A stretch of DNA of 64,000 nucleotides from an uncultured Gemmatimonadota bacterium (GCA_951812955.1 OX638340.1:1888001-1952000), one strand, 5' to 3'. Positions 37,703 through 48,587 are shown, counted from the first letter of the stretch. Notes: generated by a model not told the origin, from the letters alone. Numbers and translations are program-made.

Positions 37703-38497
37703 ATGACGCTGGAACAGCAGATTCAGGCCATGCAGCTCGATGGCTGGTGCGTGCTGGACAACATCATTCCCGGGGACCGGCTTGACGAGGTACGCGGCCG
37801 GGTCATCGCTTCGACGAACCGGCACCGGAATCCCGACGCACCCGAAAACATCGGCCACGTGAGCGGTTTCCTGAAATACGACCAGTCGCTGGCGCCCTGG
37901 CTCGCGGACCGGCGGCTCCTCTGCCTGGTCGAGGCGCTGCTCGGACACCATTTCCGCATCTCCTTCACCACGGCCACCATCAACGAGCCGGGGAACGACC
38001 GCGGTGGATGGCACGCGGACTGGCCCTTCAACCAGCGGAACGCCGGCTATGTGCCCGCGCCGTACCCGGACGCGGTCATGCACCTGACGACCATCTGGAT
38101 GCTTTCTTCCTTCACCGGCGATAACGGCGGCACCCTCATCGTCCCGGGCAGTCATCGAGACTCCAACAACCCGACCGGAAATAACGGGGTTCTGCCCGAA
38201 GCACCCCATTCGACCGAGTTGAACGTGACCGGCGAGGCCGGAAGCGTCCTCGTCATGGACAGCCGTTTGTGGCATTCGACTGCCGCGAACACCTCGAAGG
38301 ATCCCCGCGTCGCCGTTGTCGTCCGCTACGCGCCCTGGTGGCTGAACCTGAACGTGCTGAAACCCGGCTCGGAAGACCGCAGGATCCTGGTAGACGAGAC
38401 CGGCGGAACGGAGAACCTGGTTCCCGCCCTTCCCCGCGACGTGTATGACGGACTACCCGGCGAATTGAAGCCCCTCGTAAGTCACTGGGTGGAGTAG
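37703..38497 (+). CDS. phytanoyl-CoA dioxygenase (PhyH) family oxygenase (second copy in window)
   Basis: 264 aa. WHADWP (HxD) and LWHS distal His. Confidence 0.75.
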   Translation: MTLEQQIQAMQLDGWCVLDNIIPGDRLDEVRGRVIASTNRHRNPDAPENIGHVSGFLKYDQSLAPWLADRRLLCLVEALLGHHFRISFTTATINEPGNDRGGWHADWPFNQRNAGYVPAPYPDAVMHLTTIWMLSSFTGDNGGTLIVPGSHRDSNNPTGNNGVLPEAPHSTELNVTGEAGSVLVMDSRLWHSTAANTSKDPRVAVVVRYAPWWLNLNVLKPGSEDRRILVDETGGTENLVPALPRDVYDGLPGELKPLVSHWVE

Positions 38498-38745
38498 GCG
38501 GCATTCCTTATACATTAAAATCCTCTGATCTATTTCTGTGGCATGTTCAAGGTTGCATTCCGTCTTCGTAACGGTGTTGACCTGAACCAGATCCGTTAAG
38601 GTCGAGTATACCTGCCTGGAAGATTCCAAGGTCCTGGAATCACACTACGTGGAACCAGGAAACATTTCTTCCGTCGCCACGGTCCAATGTGTTGGTTATT
38701 TGTCGATAACTTTTCCGATTCTGAATACTGCGATTGGAGGAGGTT

Positions 38746-40314
38746 ATGAGCCGGACTGGATTTGTCACGATTTTATGTGCGTGTTTAGGGCTTTCAAGCG
38801 CGTGCAGCATGCAGGAGTTCGGATTCGAGCGAGACGAACGAGAGATCGAATTTGAGCACGACGGGCAAGACTATATCGATAGCACCAGGCAGAAATACGA
38901 GGTGAACTCCGGTGGGACACTGACGGTCGATGCCAAATTTGGGGCAATTCGCATCAGAAGCTCGATCAATGATGAAGTAGATGTCCTGGTGAGAAAGCGA
39001 TTTCGGGCAACCGATGCTGACCAGGTTCGAAAAGCCTTCAGTAATATCGAAGTCGTAATCGAACAGACGTACAACGGGGTACGAATCGAAGTCGATCAGA
39101 TCAGGTACCCCACGTACACGAAATGGTTCTGGCAGGAAGACTGGCCGGATCGGGTCTATGTCGAAATCAATGTTATAGTGCCTGAGGAATACAACCTCGA
39201 CCTCATTACCATAAGCGGTGATATCCAGACGGGGAATATCGCAGGAAATGTGACGGCTGAGACTCTTACCGGGGAAATTTCGACCGGTCCCACCGAAGGT
39301 GACTTGAGCATAAAATCGAACAGCGGGAATATAGAAACCAGCCGCGTGGTAGGCAGGTTGCACACCACTACACTGACAGGTAACATCAAGATCGGCCCAG
39401 TGGATGGTGATGCCACGGTCGATTCAAACTCTGGTAGAATAGAAACAGGTACCGTAGAGGAGGATCTGCAAGCCAAGACCCTAACAGGTAACATCAAGAT
39501 CGGCCCAGTGGATGGTGAGGCCACGGTCGGTTCGAACTCTGGCAGTATAGAAACAGGTACCGTAGTGGGGAATCTGCACGCCAAGACCCTAACAGGTAAC
39601 ATCGAAACCGGCCCAGTGTTTGGTGATGCGACGGTCTCTTCGAACTCTGGCAGAATAGAAACAGGTGCCGTAGCGATGGATCTGCACGCCAAGACCCTAA
39701 CAGGTAACATCGAAACCGGCCCCGTGGATGGTGATGCGACCGTCTCTTCGGCGACTGGCAGAATAAAAACAGGTACCGTAGAGGGGGATCTGCACGCTAG
39801 GACCTCAACAGGTAAAATCGAGATCGGTCCTGTGGATGGTGATGCAAACGTCAGTACGACATCTGGTATGGTCGAGGCCTCAAACGTGTTAGGGGTTTTC
39901 GAAACCAGATCCCTGAGCGGAGATATCAGACTAGGCCCCACAAGTGGCGACATTGTTGCTAGTTCAACCAGTGGTGATATCGAGGGGGAATTGATCGTAA
40001 CCGATCCATCCGTCGAGGCCAGGTACGACATGCAGACTCTGAGCGGAGATATAACCATTCAAATGCCAGTTGACATCCCGTCTGTTATTGATGCGCAGAT
40101 CACTATCGGGGAGATCATTGATCCGTGGTTGCCAAATTGGTGGCATGTCCAAAGGCGAATTAAATCCGATTTCGACCTGAACTTTAGTAGAATAGAATCT
40201 AGCCCAGGGAACTATGCAATTAAAGCTATCGGTGAAACGAATGGCGGTGGAAACAGAATCAAGCTGGTATCTACCGCTGGTAACATACGTATCCGAAGTA
40301 AAGACGATGAGTAG
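38746..40314 (+). CDS. DUF4097 (putative adhesin, beta-helix repeat) lipoprotein, paralog 1
   Basis: GGAGGAGG RBS. Signal/lipobox-like LGLSSAC. Five or more 36-aa repeats of LTGNIKIGPVDGDATV-SNSGRIETGTV. Lower GC than surroundings. Confidence 0.7.
   Translation: MSRTGFVTILCACLGLSSACSMQEFGFERDEREIEFEHDGQDYIDSTRQKYEVNSGGTLTVDAKFGAIRIRSSINDEVDVLVRKRFRATDADQVRKAFSNIEVVIEQTYNGVRIEVDQIRYPTYTKWFWQEDWPDRVYVEINVIVPEEYNLDLITISGDIQTGNIAGNVTAETLTGEISTGPTEGDLSIKSNSGNIETSRVVGRLHTTTLTGNIKIGPVDGDATVDSNSGRIETGTVEEDLQAKTLTGNIKIGPVDGEATVGSNSGSIETGTVVGNLHAKTLTGNIETGPVFGDATVSSNSGRIETGAVAMDLHAKTLTGNIETGPVDGDATVSSATGRIKTGTVEGDLHARTSTGKIEIGPVDGDANVSTTSGMVEASNVLGVFETRSLSGDIRLGPTSGDIVASSTSGDIEGELIVTDPSVEARYDMQTLSGDITIQMPVDIPSVIDAQITIGEIIDPWLPNWWHVQRRIKSDFDLNFSRIESSPGNYAIKAIGETNGGGNRIKLVSTAGNIRIRSKDDE
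39373..39912 (+). repeat. intragenic 108-bp tandem repeat, ~5 near-identical copies (36-aa beta-helix rungs)
   Basis: Copies begin at 39373, 39481, 39589, 39697 and 39805. Nucleotide identity of adjacent copies is very high. Confidence 0.85.
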
Positions 40315-40406
40315 TAGAGCGAAGACACAACCATTGAATCCCTACGGAAGTCTCAATGACAACTCCGGTAGATGTCTTTACTACACAACCGTGGGAGTGG
40401 AATAGT

Positions 40407-41171
40407 ATGAAGACGATATGGATCACAGCGATTACGTGTATAGGTATTTATCCGGTTCTTGATTCCGGCGCGCAGACCACAGAGGTCATTCAAGTTGGGC
40501 AAGGATACGCGGCAACCATTGAAGAAACATTTACTGTGGAACCGGGCGGCGAACTGACCATCGATGCCGACTTCGGATCCGTCCGGATCGAGACTTCGAC
40601 GAGCAACACCGTGGAGGTTCTTGTGGAAAAGCGCCTGAAAGAGGGCACCGAAGACCAGGCACGCCGAGCCTTCGAAGAAGTGGAGGTAACAACAGAACAG
40701 CGGGGCAACGACGTACACATCGACGTTGACAATTCGCGATGGTTCAAGCGCGCCAGGGTTTCCGTAGCTATGACCGTGCAGGTGCCTTATACATACAGTC
40801 TGGATATCAAGACGGCAGGAGGCGGCATCGAAATCGGGAACCTGGACGGCGAGATCACGGCGAAGACTGCAGGCGGAAGCATCAGGACAGGAACCACGAA
40901 AGGGGACGTGACCGCCAAGACCCTGGGCGGAAGCATCCGTATCGGCCCGACTGAGGGAGGCGTGTCTGCCAAGACGATGGGCGGAAATATCGCTATAGGG
41001 GATACGAATGGGGACGTGTCGGCCCACACGCTGGGTGGAAGCATCCGCATCGGCATTGCGGACGGGGATGTACTTGCCAGGACGATGGGCGGAAACATCA
41101 CCGTTGAAGAAGCCTCGGGTAAAGTGTCTGCCAAGACCCTGGGCGGAAAAGTCCGGGTCGGTTCCACGTAA
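40407..41171 (+). CDS. DUF4097 beta-helix repeat protein, paralog 2
   Basis: N-terminal domain colinear with paralogs 1 and 3 (GGELTIDADFGSVRIE...VEVLVEKR). 19-aa TLGGSIRIG rungs. Sec signal. Confidence 0.65.
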   Translation: MKTIWITAITCIGIYPVLDSGAQTTEVIQVGQGYAATIEETFTVEPGGELTIDADFGSVRIETSTSNTVEVLVEKRLKEGTEDQARRAFEEVEVTTEQRGNDVHIDVDNSRWFKRARVSVAMTVQVPYTYSLDIKTAGGGIEIGNLDGEITAKTAGGSIRTGTTKGDVTAKTLGGSIRIGPTEGGVSAKTMGGNIAIGDTNGDVSAHTLGGSIRIGIADGDVLARTMGGNITVEEASGKVSAKTLGGKVRVGST

Positions 41172-41219
41172 CATATCTCTGGCGAAGACAACACCGCCTG
41201 TTTAGACATAAAGGGAGGG

Positions 41220-42506
41220 ATGATGCGTTTGTTATTGGTCGTGGTCAGTGTCAGTCTGCTCGTTGCCTCGGCATATGCATGCAGCGCACAGGAGGTCACG
41301 TTTATGCGCGACGATATGAGTCACGTAGAAAGAACCCACCAGAAATACATGGTGGATGGAACCGGCACGTTGACCGTAGACGCCGACTTCGGTTCGATTC
41401 GGATCGAGAGCTGGCCGAACGATGAAGTGGACGTCGAGGTAGAAAAACGCCGGACTGGAGTCAGCGAAGACAGCGCACGCGACGACTTCAACGACGTTGC
41501 CGTGGATATCTCACAACGGGAGAACGACGTCGACATCCAGATCGACCGGAAAAGCCGTTTCGGGTCGGAGAGGGTATCAGTGGATATACAGGTCCGGGTG
41601 CCGGAATCGTATAGCCTGGACCTCAAGACCTCGGGCGGGGATATCGATATCGGAGACCTGCGGGGCGACGTTTCCGCCCGCACCTCGGGAGGCGACGTCA
41701 ACGTCGGCACAGTGACGGAAGCGCTGCTCCGCGTTCACACGTCAGGAGGCGATGTGACCGTGAAAGGGGGCGGACGGGAAACGAAGGTATCCACCTCCGG
41801 CGGGGATATTGAGATCCGGGACGCCCGGGGCACAGTGGATGCGACCACCTCGGGCGGTGATATCACGATCGGCGGCACGGCCGGCGAAGTGACGGTGAGA
41901 ACATCGGGCGGCGATATCGAAATAGATCGGGCTGCGGGAAACACAGAGGCGACTACCTCGGGCGGCGACATAACGATAGGCCATACCACAGGGGACGTGA
42001 AGGCGAAGACCTCCGGCGGCGATATCACGATCGAGCGCGCAAACGGTGAGGTGGACGTTCATACTTCGGGTGGCGATGTGACCATCGACAGCGCTGAAGG
42101 AACCCTGAGGGCGGGCACTTCGGGTGGTGATATATCGATCAGCAATGCGCCGGGTGCCGGCTTAACGGCGAAAACCTCGGGTGGCGATATCGAAGCCCGT
42201 TTGAGCCCGACAGCAAGTGCATTGGAAGAAGAATGGATACTGAAGTCGTCCGGTGGGGAACTGACCATCCGCATTCCCGAGGATCTGTCCGCTACAGTCG
42301 AGGCGGAGATCCATCATGAGCGTTCCTGGTTCGGAAGCGACCGGGGGGATTATCAAATCGACTCGGATTTCGACCTGGACGAAGAGGTAGATGACGGTCG
42401 GGACCGAAGGACGATCCGGGCCACCGGCGATATCAACGGGGGCGGCAATCGCATCCGGCTCGAAACCAGCGGCGGCGATATTCGGATTCGTAAGGTGACT
42501 TCCTGA
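41220..42506 (+). CDS. DUF4097 beta-helix repeat protein, paralog 3
   Basis: AAGGGAGGG RBS. Signal MMRLLLVVVSVSLLVASAYAC. At least nine 19-aa TSGGDITI rungs. Confidence 0.7.
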   Translation: MMRLLLVVVSVSLLVASAYACSAQEVTFMRDDMSHVERTHQKYMVDGTGTLTVDADFGSIRIESWPNDEVDVEVEKRRTGVSEDSARDDFNDVAVDISQRENDVDIQIDRKSRFGSERVSVDIQVRVPESYSLDLKTSGGDIDIGDLRGDVSARTSGGDVNVGTVTEALLRVHTSGGDVTVKGGGRETKVSTSGGDIEIRDARGTVDATTSGGDITIGGTAGEVTVRTSGGDIEIDRAAGNTEATTSGGDITIGHTTGDVKAKTSGGDITIERANGEVDVHTSGGDVTIDSAEGTLRAGTSGGDISISNAPGAGLTAKTSGGDIEARLSPTASALEEEWILKSSGGELTIRIPEDLSATVEAEIHHERSWFGSDRGDYQIDSDFDLDEEVDDGRDRRTIRATGDINGGGNRIRLETSGGDIRIRKVTS

Positions 42507-42532
42507 GCCCGTGCCGGACGCGGTTTTGCGGA

Positions 42533-43493
42533 TCAGGCCGCGCCCAGATACCCAGCGAGTTGAGCGGGCATGATGTTCCCGCCGCTGAGCAGAACCACGA
42601 CTTTCTTGCCTTCCAGCGAAACGATGCCGTTCAACAACGCTGCTACGCCCACGGCGCCGCCCGGTTCAACCACGAGCTTGGTTGCCCCGATGAGGTACTT
42701 CACCGCGTCGATCGCCTGCGCGTCGGAAACCAGGACCATTTCATCCACGTAGGCCATTACGTGTTCGAAGGTAAGGTTGCCGGGGCGCGGCGCCACGAGC
42801 GAGTCGCACACCGTGTTCGGTTCCTGTACCTCGCAGATCTCTTTCTTCAGAAAAGATTGATAAACCGCTTGTGACCCTTCGGGTTGCACCCCGATCACTT
42901 TCACCGCGGGGTTCAGCGTCTTCACGGCCGTGGCGACACCGCCGATAAGGCCGCCGCTACTCACGGGCACGATGACCGCGTCCAGATCCTGTGCCTGCGC
43001 CATGATCTCGGCGCCGATGCTGCCGTGACCCCGAACGACGTTTTCGTCCTCCCACGTGTTGATCGCGGTGATTCCCCGTTCTCTGCCCAGCCGGCCCAGC
43101 GTGTCCCACCGGGCCTGGTTGTGGTTCTCGCACAGAACCGCTTCGCCCCCGTAGTCCCTGGTGCGCCGGATCTTGTACGGCGAGGTTTTCTCCATCATCA
43201 CTATGGCGGTTGGTATCTCGAGCAAAGTTCCCATGAAGGCGAAGGCCGTGGCGAAGTTGCCGGAGGACGAAATGGCGGCGCCTTTTTCCTTCTGAACATC
43301 TGATAGGCGGTTCAGGATGGTAAATGCTGCTCGCGTCTTATACGATCCGGTCACCTGCAGGTTCTCCGCCTTGAACCAGACGTCCGCGCCCGATAGATCG
43401 GAGACCGATGGAGACCGGAGGAGGGGCGTGTATACGATCTCCGGTGGTAGTTCCCGCCGTGCCTGTTCGATTTCTACCAACGTGACCATCATG
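42533..43493 (-). CDS. PLP-dependent threonine/serine dehydratase-like (fold type II) enzyme
   Basis: GGAGGT RBS then ATGATG. TGSYKTRAA lysine motif and SSGNFA glycine loop. ~320 aa typical. ORF extends upstream, but the N-terminal 120 aa looks non-coding. Confidence 0.7.
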
Positions 43494-43878
43494 ATACCTC
43501 CGGTTCGCTCAACGTCCCGGGTTGTGTCCGTGTCCGGTGGCCCACGGCAGACAGTTCGACCGACTGTTCCGCTTCCGGACAATCTGTTCAGCCAACTTGC
43601 GGAGTCAAGCGATTTTAACCTGTAACAAGGCACAGGACATCCGGCGCAACAGCTCAGGACATCCGGCGCAAAGGTGCGGGACATCCGACGCAAGGCAGCC
43701 AAAGAAAACACGGAAAGGTCTGTCTGGACATCCCGGTCATGAACGCCTATATTGCGCCCTTCGTTGTCACCTGGCGCTTCAGTTGAAGAAACAGGGGCAC
43801 TGAATTGTAGAATATAAGATCGAACGTTGCTGTCTGTATCTGGGGAACCAAACTCGTTGTTCGACACTGGAGGATTGA

Positions 43879-46443
43879 ATGTTATTTCGCCTGACCGCCC
43901 GAATATCCGGCGGCCTGCTATGTGCTTTTGCCGGTCTCCAATTGAATCATGCCATTGCGTCAGCTCAATCTACAGACGATCAGGCTACGCTGAACAAAGG
44001 CATAGCGGAAACCGTGGCGGCGATATCGGAAGAAACCGAACGGACCTCTGACCCGCGGCCTTTCAGCGTTCCCCTTCCCGTATCCAAAACACTCTTCGAC
44101 TACGGAAATCTAGATTCCGACGACTACATACTTTCGGCCAAGCGGGCTGTTTCGACTATCGAGGTGGACGGACACCTGGATGAAGCCGAATGGCAACAGG
44201 CTGAAGTCGCCGGCGATTTCTTCCAGCTTGAACCCGTCGAAGGCGCCCCGGCAACCTTCCCCACCGAAGTCAGAGTGCTGTACGACGACAATAATCTGTA
44301 CGTGGGATTCGTCTGTTTCGACCCCAATCCGGAGAACATCATGGCCCCGGACATGCAACGGGACACCCGGATGAGTTTCTCCAACGACATGGTTACGGTC
44401 GTTATCGCATCCCTCGACCACTACCGCGAAGCCTTCGAATTCCAGACCAATCCCAACGGCGCCCGGTCCGATTCCTTCGTCAGCGCTGAAGGTAACAACT
44501 CGGACCGTGACTGGAACGGATTGTGGAATGCGGCCAGCCAGGTGTACGATTACGGTTGGTCGGCCGAATACGTGATCCCCTTCCACACGCTGCGGTTTCC
44601 CAAGCGCCAGAACCAGACCTGGGGCATAAACTTCGGACGCCGAATCCAGCGCAGCAGGGAGGAATCCTACTGGGTTCCCCTGAGCCTGAAGGACGGCGAC
44701 CAGGCGCTGTTTCGATTCGGCAAGGGCGGCCGACTGACGGCCCTGTTCGATATCACGCCGGGCGGACGGGTCCAGGCGACCCCGTTTACCGTACTTGGCG
44801 CCCAGTCCTCACGGATTACCGAATCCGCCCCGACACCCGCTCGCCCGATCGCCGCGACGGACCTCGACAATGGTATGCAGCGGAGTTTGGGCGGCGACCT
44901 TAAGGTCAGTGTCACATCGGGTCTTACGTTAAATGCGACCGTCAATCCCGATTTCGCCCAGGTGGAAGCGGACGACGAGGTCGTGAACCTTTCCCGCTTC
45001 GAATTCCAGTTTACCGAAAAGCGCCCCTTCTTCCTGGAGCGCAGCGATATCTTCACCTTGAACCAGCGGCCGCAACGACGCGGACCGCAACGTGGCGGCG
45101 GCGACCTGACGCCCCAGCTGTTCTTCAGCCGGCGCGTCGGACGACAGTTGCCGGACGGTCAGTCCGTCCCCATCGACCTCGGCATGCGCCTGACGGGAAA
45201 AATCGGGCATACGACCATCGGGTTCCTGAACGTTCAAACCCGGGAGACCCAGTACGACGACGACGGGGAACAGAAGATGGAACCGCTGACCAACTGGCAA
45301 GCCCTGCGTGTAATACGGGACTTCGGGTCACGGTCGAGCGTCGGCATGATGGCTACCTTCAAGGAACCGAATCCCCGATTCGATGACCGGGTCGGGATGG
45401 CCATACCCCGTTACGCCGAGACCGACTATAACCGCGTGATGGGATTCGACCTGAACCTGGCCTCGCGGGGGACGAATCACCGGGGGCAGATTACTTTCGC
45501 CAAAAGCTGGACCGATACGCTGAGCACCAGCAACCAGGACTGGACTTTTCGGATTATCGAGCGGTGGCAGAACCGGTGGCTTATGTACGGGATTTCCTAC
45601 CTCGACATCGGCGAGGATTTCATCGCCCAGTCCGGCCTGGTCAGAGACGAAGGCCTGCAGCGGGTAGGGGGCGGCATGACGGCCAATACCTTTCTCCGCC
45701 GGTTTGGCATTCGGCGGATCAACGGGGGGTTCAGGAGCAATTATGTGACCCGCAAGAACACGGGTTTCTCCGATGCCGATTCCTGGTCATTCCAGCCCAA
45801 TGTATTCCTGGAACTGGAACGGGGAATGTGGATCTCCGCGTCATATAACATGAATTTCGATACACTCAGCGAAACGACGCGCATAGCCGGCGTTCATTTC
45901 ACCGAAGGATCCTATTCCTTCAACCAGGGCAGTCTCTTCCTCTTTACCGACAGTGGCCGGAAGATCTCCTATCAAGGCAGCGTCCGGTACGGCAGGTTCT
46001 ACGGCGCCGACCTCCTCAGCCTGTCGAGTGAACTGTCCATCAAGCCGAATCCCCGTTTCGCGCTGGAACCTGGCATTACCCGCAGCCGGGTCGACCGGGG
46101 CAATCGCCTGGGTCTGGAGGACGACGAATACGATCATCGTACGCAACTCATACCCAGTGTCCGAATGAGTTACGCCTTCACGCCGAATCTGTCGTTCTCC
46201 TCCTTCGTCCAGTTGAACGCGGATCGGCAGCGGGAGATCGACGATTACCACATGAATACGGTAACGATGAACCTCCTCCTCGCCTACCGGTCGCCCTTCG
46301 GTCACTCGTTCTTCCTGGCTTTCAACCAGTTCCGCGATGACGACCTCGATACCGACGGTACCTTCGGCGTCTACGAACGAACGCCCCTGCGCCTGAGGGA
46401 CCAGCAGATCGTCGCCAAGGTGTCATACCTGCTGAACCTGTAG
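43879..46443 (+). CDS. DUF5916 / CBM9-like domain outer-membrane protein
   Basis: 854 aa. Sec signal. N-terminal carbohydrate-binding family-9-like block (DGHLDEAEWQQAEVAGDFFQLEP...YVGFVCFD). Beta-rich C-terminus ending with aromatic residues. Confidence 0.65.
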   Translation: MLFRLTARISGGLLCAFAGLQLNHAIASAQSTDDQATLNKGIAETVAAISEETERTSDPRPFSVPLPVSKTLFDYGNLDSDDYILSAKRAVSTIEVDGHLDEAEWQQAEVAGDFFQLEPVEGAPATFPTEVRVLYDDNNLYVGFVCFDPNPENIMAPDMQRDTRMSFSNDMVTVVIASLDHYREAFEFQTNPNGARSDSFVSAEGNNSDRDWNGLWNAASQVYDYGWSAEYVIPFHTLRFPKRQNQTWGINFGRRIQRSREESYWVPLSLKDGDQALFRFGKGGRLTALFDITPGGRVQATPFTVLGAQSSRITESAPTPARPIAATDLDNGMQRSLGGDLKVSVTSGLTLNATVNPDFAQVEADDEVVNLSRFEFQFTEKRPFFLERSDIFTLNQRPQRRGPQRGGGDLTPQLFFSRRVGRQLPDGQSVPIDLGMRLTGKIGHTTIGFLNVQTRETQYDDDGEQKMEPLTNWQALRVIRDFGSRSSVGMMATFKEPNPRFDDRVGMAIPRYAETDYNRVMGFDLNLASRGTNHRGQITFAKSWTDTLSTSNQDWTFRIIERWQNRWLMYGISYLDIGEDFIAQSGLVRDEGLQRVGGGMTANTFLRRFGIRRINGGFRSNYVTRKNTGFSDADSWSFQPNVFLELERGMWISASYNMNFDTLSETTRIAGVHFTEGSYSFNQGSLFLFTDSGRKISYQGSVRYGRFYGADLLSLSSELSIKPNPRFALEPGITRSRVDRGNRLGLEDDEYDHRTQLIPSVRMSYAFTPNLSFSSFVQLNADRQREIDDYHMNTVTMNLLLAYRSPFGHSFFLAFNQFRDDDLDTDGTFGVYERTPLRLRDQQIVAKVSYLLNL

Positions 46444-46629
46444 CCTGTTCGATCCGGGGGGGAACAGGCATTACTCCCGGATTGCTTGCGTTTACAGCCG
46501 GGAACTATACAAGTACCTGTGCGTTAAAATCGGGCAGGGAACCGTATTCTTGCCGTTACATAACGTCTTCCGCACGACGAACAACCGATTAGAGAGAACA
46601 TTTTCTCACTTCAGGTATACCCCGGATAC

Positions 46630-47535
46630 ATGATTATGAACCTGCAAAAATCAATAGCTGTGCCGTTGGCAATGACGATCTGCCTGGTCCTCGTCTCCGT
46701 TACCGAGGTATCGGCCCAGGATCGGAGGACTTCGGGCTGGTATGTTTCCGGTGGACTGGGCGGCAACCTGGTATACGGCCTCGACCAGGCGGGTTCGAAC
46801 ACGGAATCCACGTGCTATCCGACCAGCGCCTGCTTCGATTTGGTTCTACGGGAAATTCCCGGTTACCGGTGGCGTTACGATCCGTCCGTCGACCGGGGTA
46901 TCGGTTTCGAAGCTGCCGTCGGACGGGTGTTCGACCGTACCCGCATCGAGGTCTCATTCGCGCATAGGAGAAACAACGTCGACCAGGGACCGCCGCTTGA
47001 GATAACCTATCTCGATGGCACCACCGCGGGAGTGAGTACCTATCTCGGACAGGGACTGGCGCAGACCATCAGCAGCAGTTTCATTGAGGATCAGGTTACT
47101 CGTTCGGTTTCATTGAACGCCTACTACGATCTGCCCTTCGGTCCGCAAAGAATCACGCCCTACGTGGGGGTGGGGACCGGTGCCGCCTTCGTTGAACTGA
47201 CCAGGATCTTCTTTTCGATAGAATACACCGACCCTTCAGGAGAAGGCACGCACTACGATCCCCCCCTGTCATTCTACAACAGCAAGCAGGATACGAGGTT
47301 ATCCAATACAGTCTTCGCGGGGCACGTGTACGCGGGAGCAGCCTACAGTCTGGGCGACCGTACTGCCATCGACCTGAAGATGGCCTACTCCAGGGTGGAC
47401 GACGTCGAACACACCGGTACCTACGAGTATCATCCTTATTTAGAGACGGACCCTGCCTTCACGAATAAAAACACGTTCAGCGCCATGAACCAGTGGTCCG
47501 TGACGGTGAACGTCCGTTTCCTGTTTGGAAACTGA
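46630..47535 (+). CDS. outer-membrane beta-barrel protein (OmpA/OmpW-like porin family)
   Basis: 301 aa. Sec signal ending VSAQ. Alternating amphipathic beta strands. C-terminal VRFLFGN. Confidence 0.55.
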   Translation: MIMNLQKSIAVPLAMTICLVLVSVTEVSAQDRRTSGWYVSGGLGGNLVYGLDQAGSNTESTCYPTSACFDLVLREIPGYRWRYDPSVDRGIGFEAAVGRVFDRTRIEVSFAHRRNNVDQGPPLEITYLDGTTAGVSTYLGQGLAQTISSSFIEDQVTRSVSLNAYYDLPFGPQRITPYVGVGTGAAFVELTRIFFSIEYTDPSGEGTHYDPPLSFYNSKQDTRLSNTVFAGHVYAGAAYSLGDRTAIDLKMAYSRVDDVEHTGTYEYHPYLETDPAFTNKNTFSAMNQWSVTVNVRFLFGN

Positions 47536-47590
47536 CGCGGGATCGGCAGACAGCGTCAAGATCAACCAAACCGAGCAGTATTCCGCCGAA

Positions 47591-47606
47591 CGAACGCGTA
47601 CGCGTT
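47591..47606. repeat. perfect 16-bp palindrome GAACGCGTACGCGTTC upstream of the arginase-family gene
   Basis: Self-complementary sequence. Overlaps a copy of the ACGCGT-core motif also seen at 13721, 13771 and 48548. Confidence 0.8.
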
Positions 47607-47637
47607 CCACCGACGCTCACTGAACCGAAATAGATAC

Positions 47638-48477
47638 ATGATTCTCGAATCGCTCAAAGCGGCTCTGGAAAAATCGGATCGGCAAAAACTTGCGCTGGTG
47701 GGGATCCCCGACGACGCCAATTCCACTTTCCTCCGTGGCGCGGCCGAAGCGCCTCCGAAGATCCGTGCGCAACTCTTCTCCGATGCCTTCAACATGTGGA
47801 CTGAGACGGGTGTCGATCTCGGCGAGGACGTTTTACTCGACGCGGGCGACCTGGACCTGGGCGAGGTCCCCGATGCCTGGGCCGCGATCCAGCACGCCGT
47901 CGAAGCGGTGCTCGATCATGGGCTCACACCCATCTGCCTCGGCGGTGACCACGCCATAACCTGGCCGATCGTTAAGGGGTTCCGGCGCAAGTACGACACG
48001 CTCAGCATCCTTCACTTCGATGCGCACCCTGATCTCTACGACAATTTCGGGGACAACCCCCGCTCCCATGCGTCTCCCTTCGCTCGGATTATGGAAAACC
48101 ACCTGGCGGACCGGCTCGTCCAGGTGGGTATCCGCACCGCAAATGGCCATCAGCGGAAGCAGGCCAGACGGTTTGGGGTCGAGATGATCGAGATGCGGGA
48201 GTTGACCGGGGATCTAAGTCTGGCATTCGACTCGCCCGTCTATATATCGGTGGACGTCGATGGTCTGGATCCGGCGTACGCGCCAGGCGTCTCTCATCCC
48301 GAGCCCGGCGGCCTTTCCCCGCGGCAGGTGATCGACACGATTCAGCGTTTGGACGGCAGAATCGTCGGGGCGGATATCGTCGAGGTCAATCCGCGGAGGG
48401 ATTTCCACGATCTGACGGCGGTCGTCGCGGCTAAGATCGTGAAGGAAGTCGCCGCAAAGATGCTGGTGCATGCATAG
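47638..48477 (+). CDS. arginase/agmatinase/formiminoglutamase-family ureohydrolase
   Basis: 279 aa. Mn-binding motifs GGDHAIT, HFDAHPD, SVDVDGLDP. Confidence 0.85.
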   Translation: MILESLKAALEKSDRQKLALVGIPDDANSTFLRGAAEAPPKIRAQLFSDAFNMWTETGVDLGEDVLLDAGDLDLGEVPDAWAAIQHAVEAVLDHGLTPICLGGDHAITWPIVKGFRRKYDTLSILHFDAHPDLYDNFGDNPRSHASPFARIMENHLADRLVQVGIRTANGHQRKQARRFGVEMIEMRELTGDLSLAFDSPVYISVDVDGLDPAYAPGVSHPEPGGLSPRQVIDTIQRLDGRIVGADIVEVNPRRDFHDLTAVVAAKIVKEVAAKMLVHA

Positions 48478-48587
48478 TCGTGCATAGTCGTCCGCACCGG
48501 AATCAGGTGATCTGCAGCAACTGCGCGCTATAGTTACGCGAATTCGGAACTTACGCGTACCTTCCACTTTTCGCGGCGAATCGGGCG

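Noticed and set aside
39373-39912. Regularly spaced 108-bp repeats considered as a possible CRISPR-like array
   Set aside because: Repeats are contiguous with no spacers, are in-frame, and encode beta-helix rungs of a DUF4097 protein. They are coding tandem repeats, not CRISPR.
42533-43867. Full 444-aa extent of the dehydratase ORF
   Set aside because: The N-terminal ~120 residues are low-complexity and precede a strong GGAGGT-ATGATG start. The PLP fold begins only after that, so the true CDS is taken as 42533-43493.
47638-48477. Arginase-family gene as the missing HutG (formiminoglutamase) of the hut operon
   Set aside because: The operon already contains HutF, which bypasses HutG. The gene lies 34 kb away on the other strand with unrelated neighbours. 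Family membership alone cannot assign substrate.
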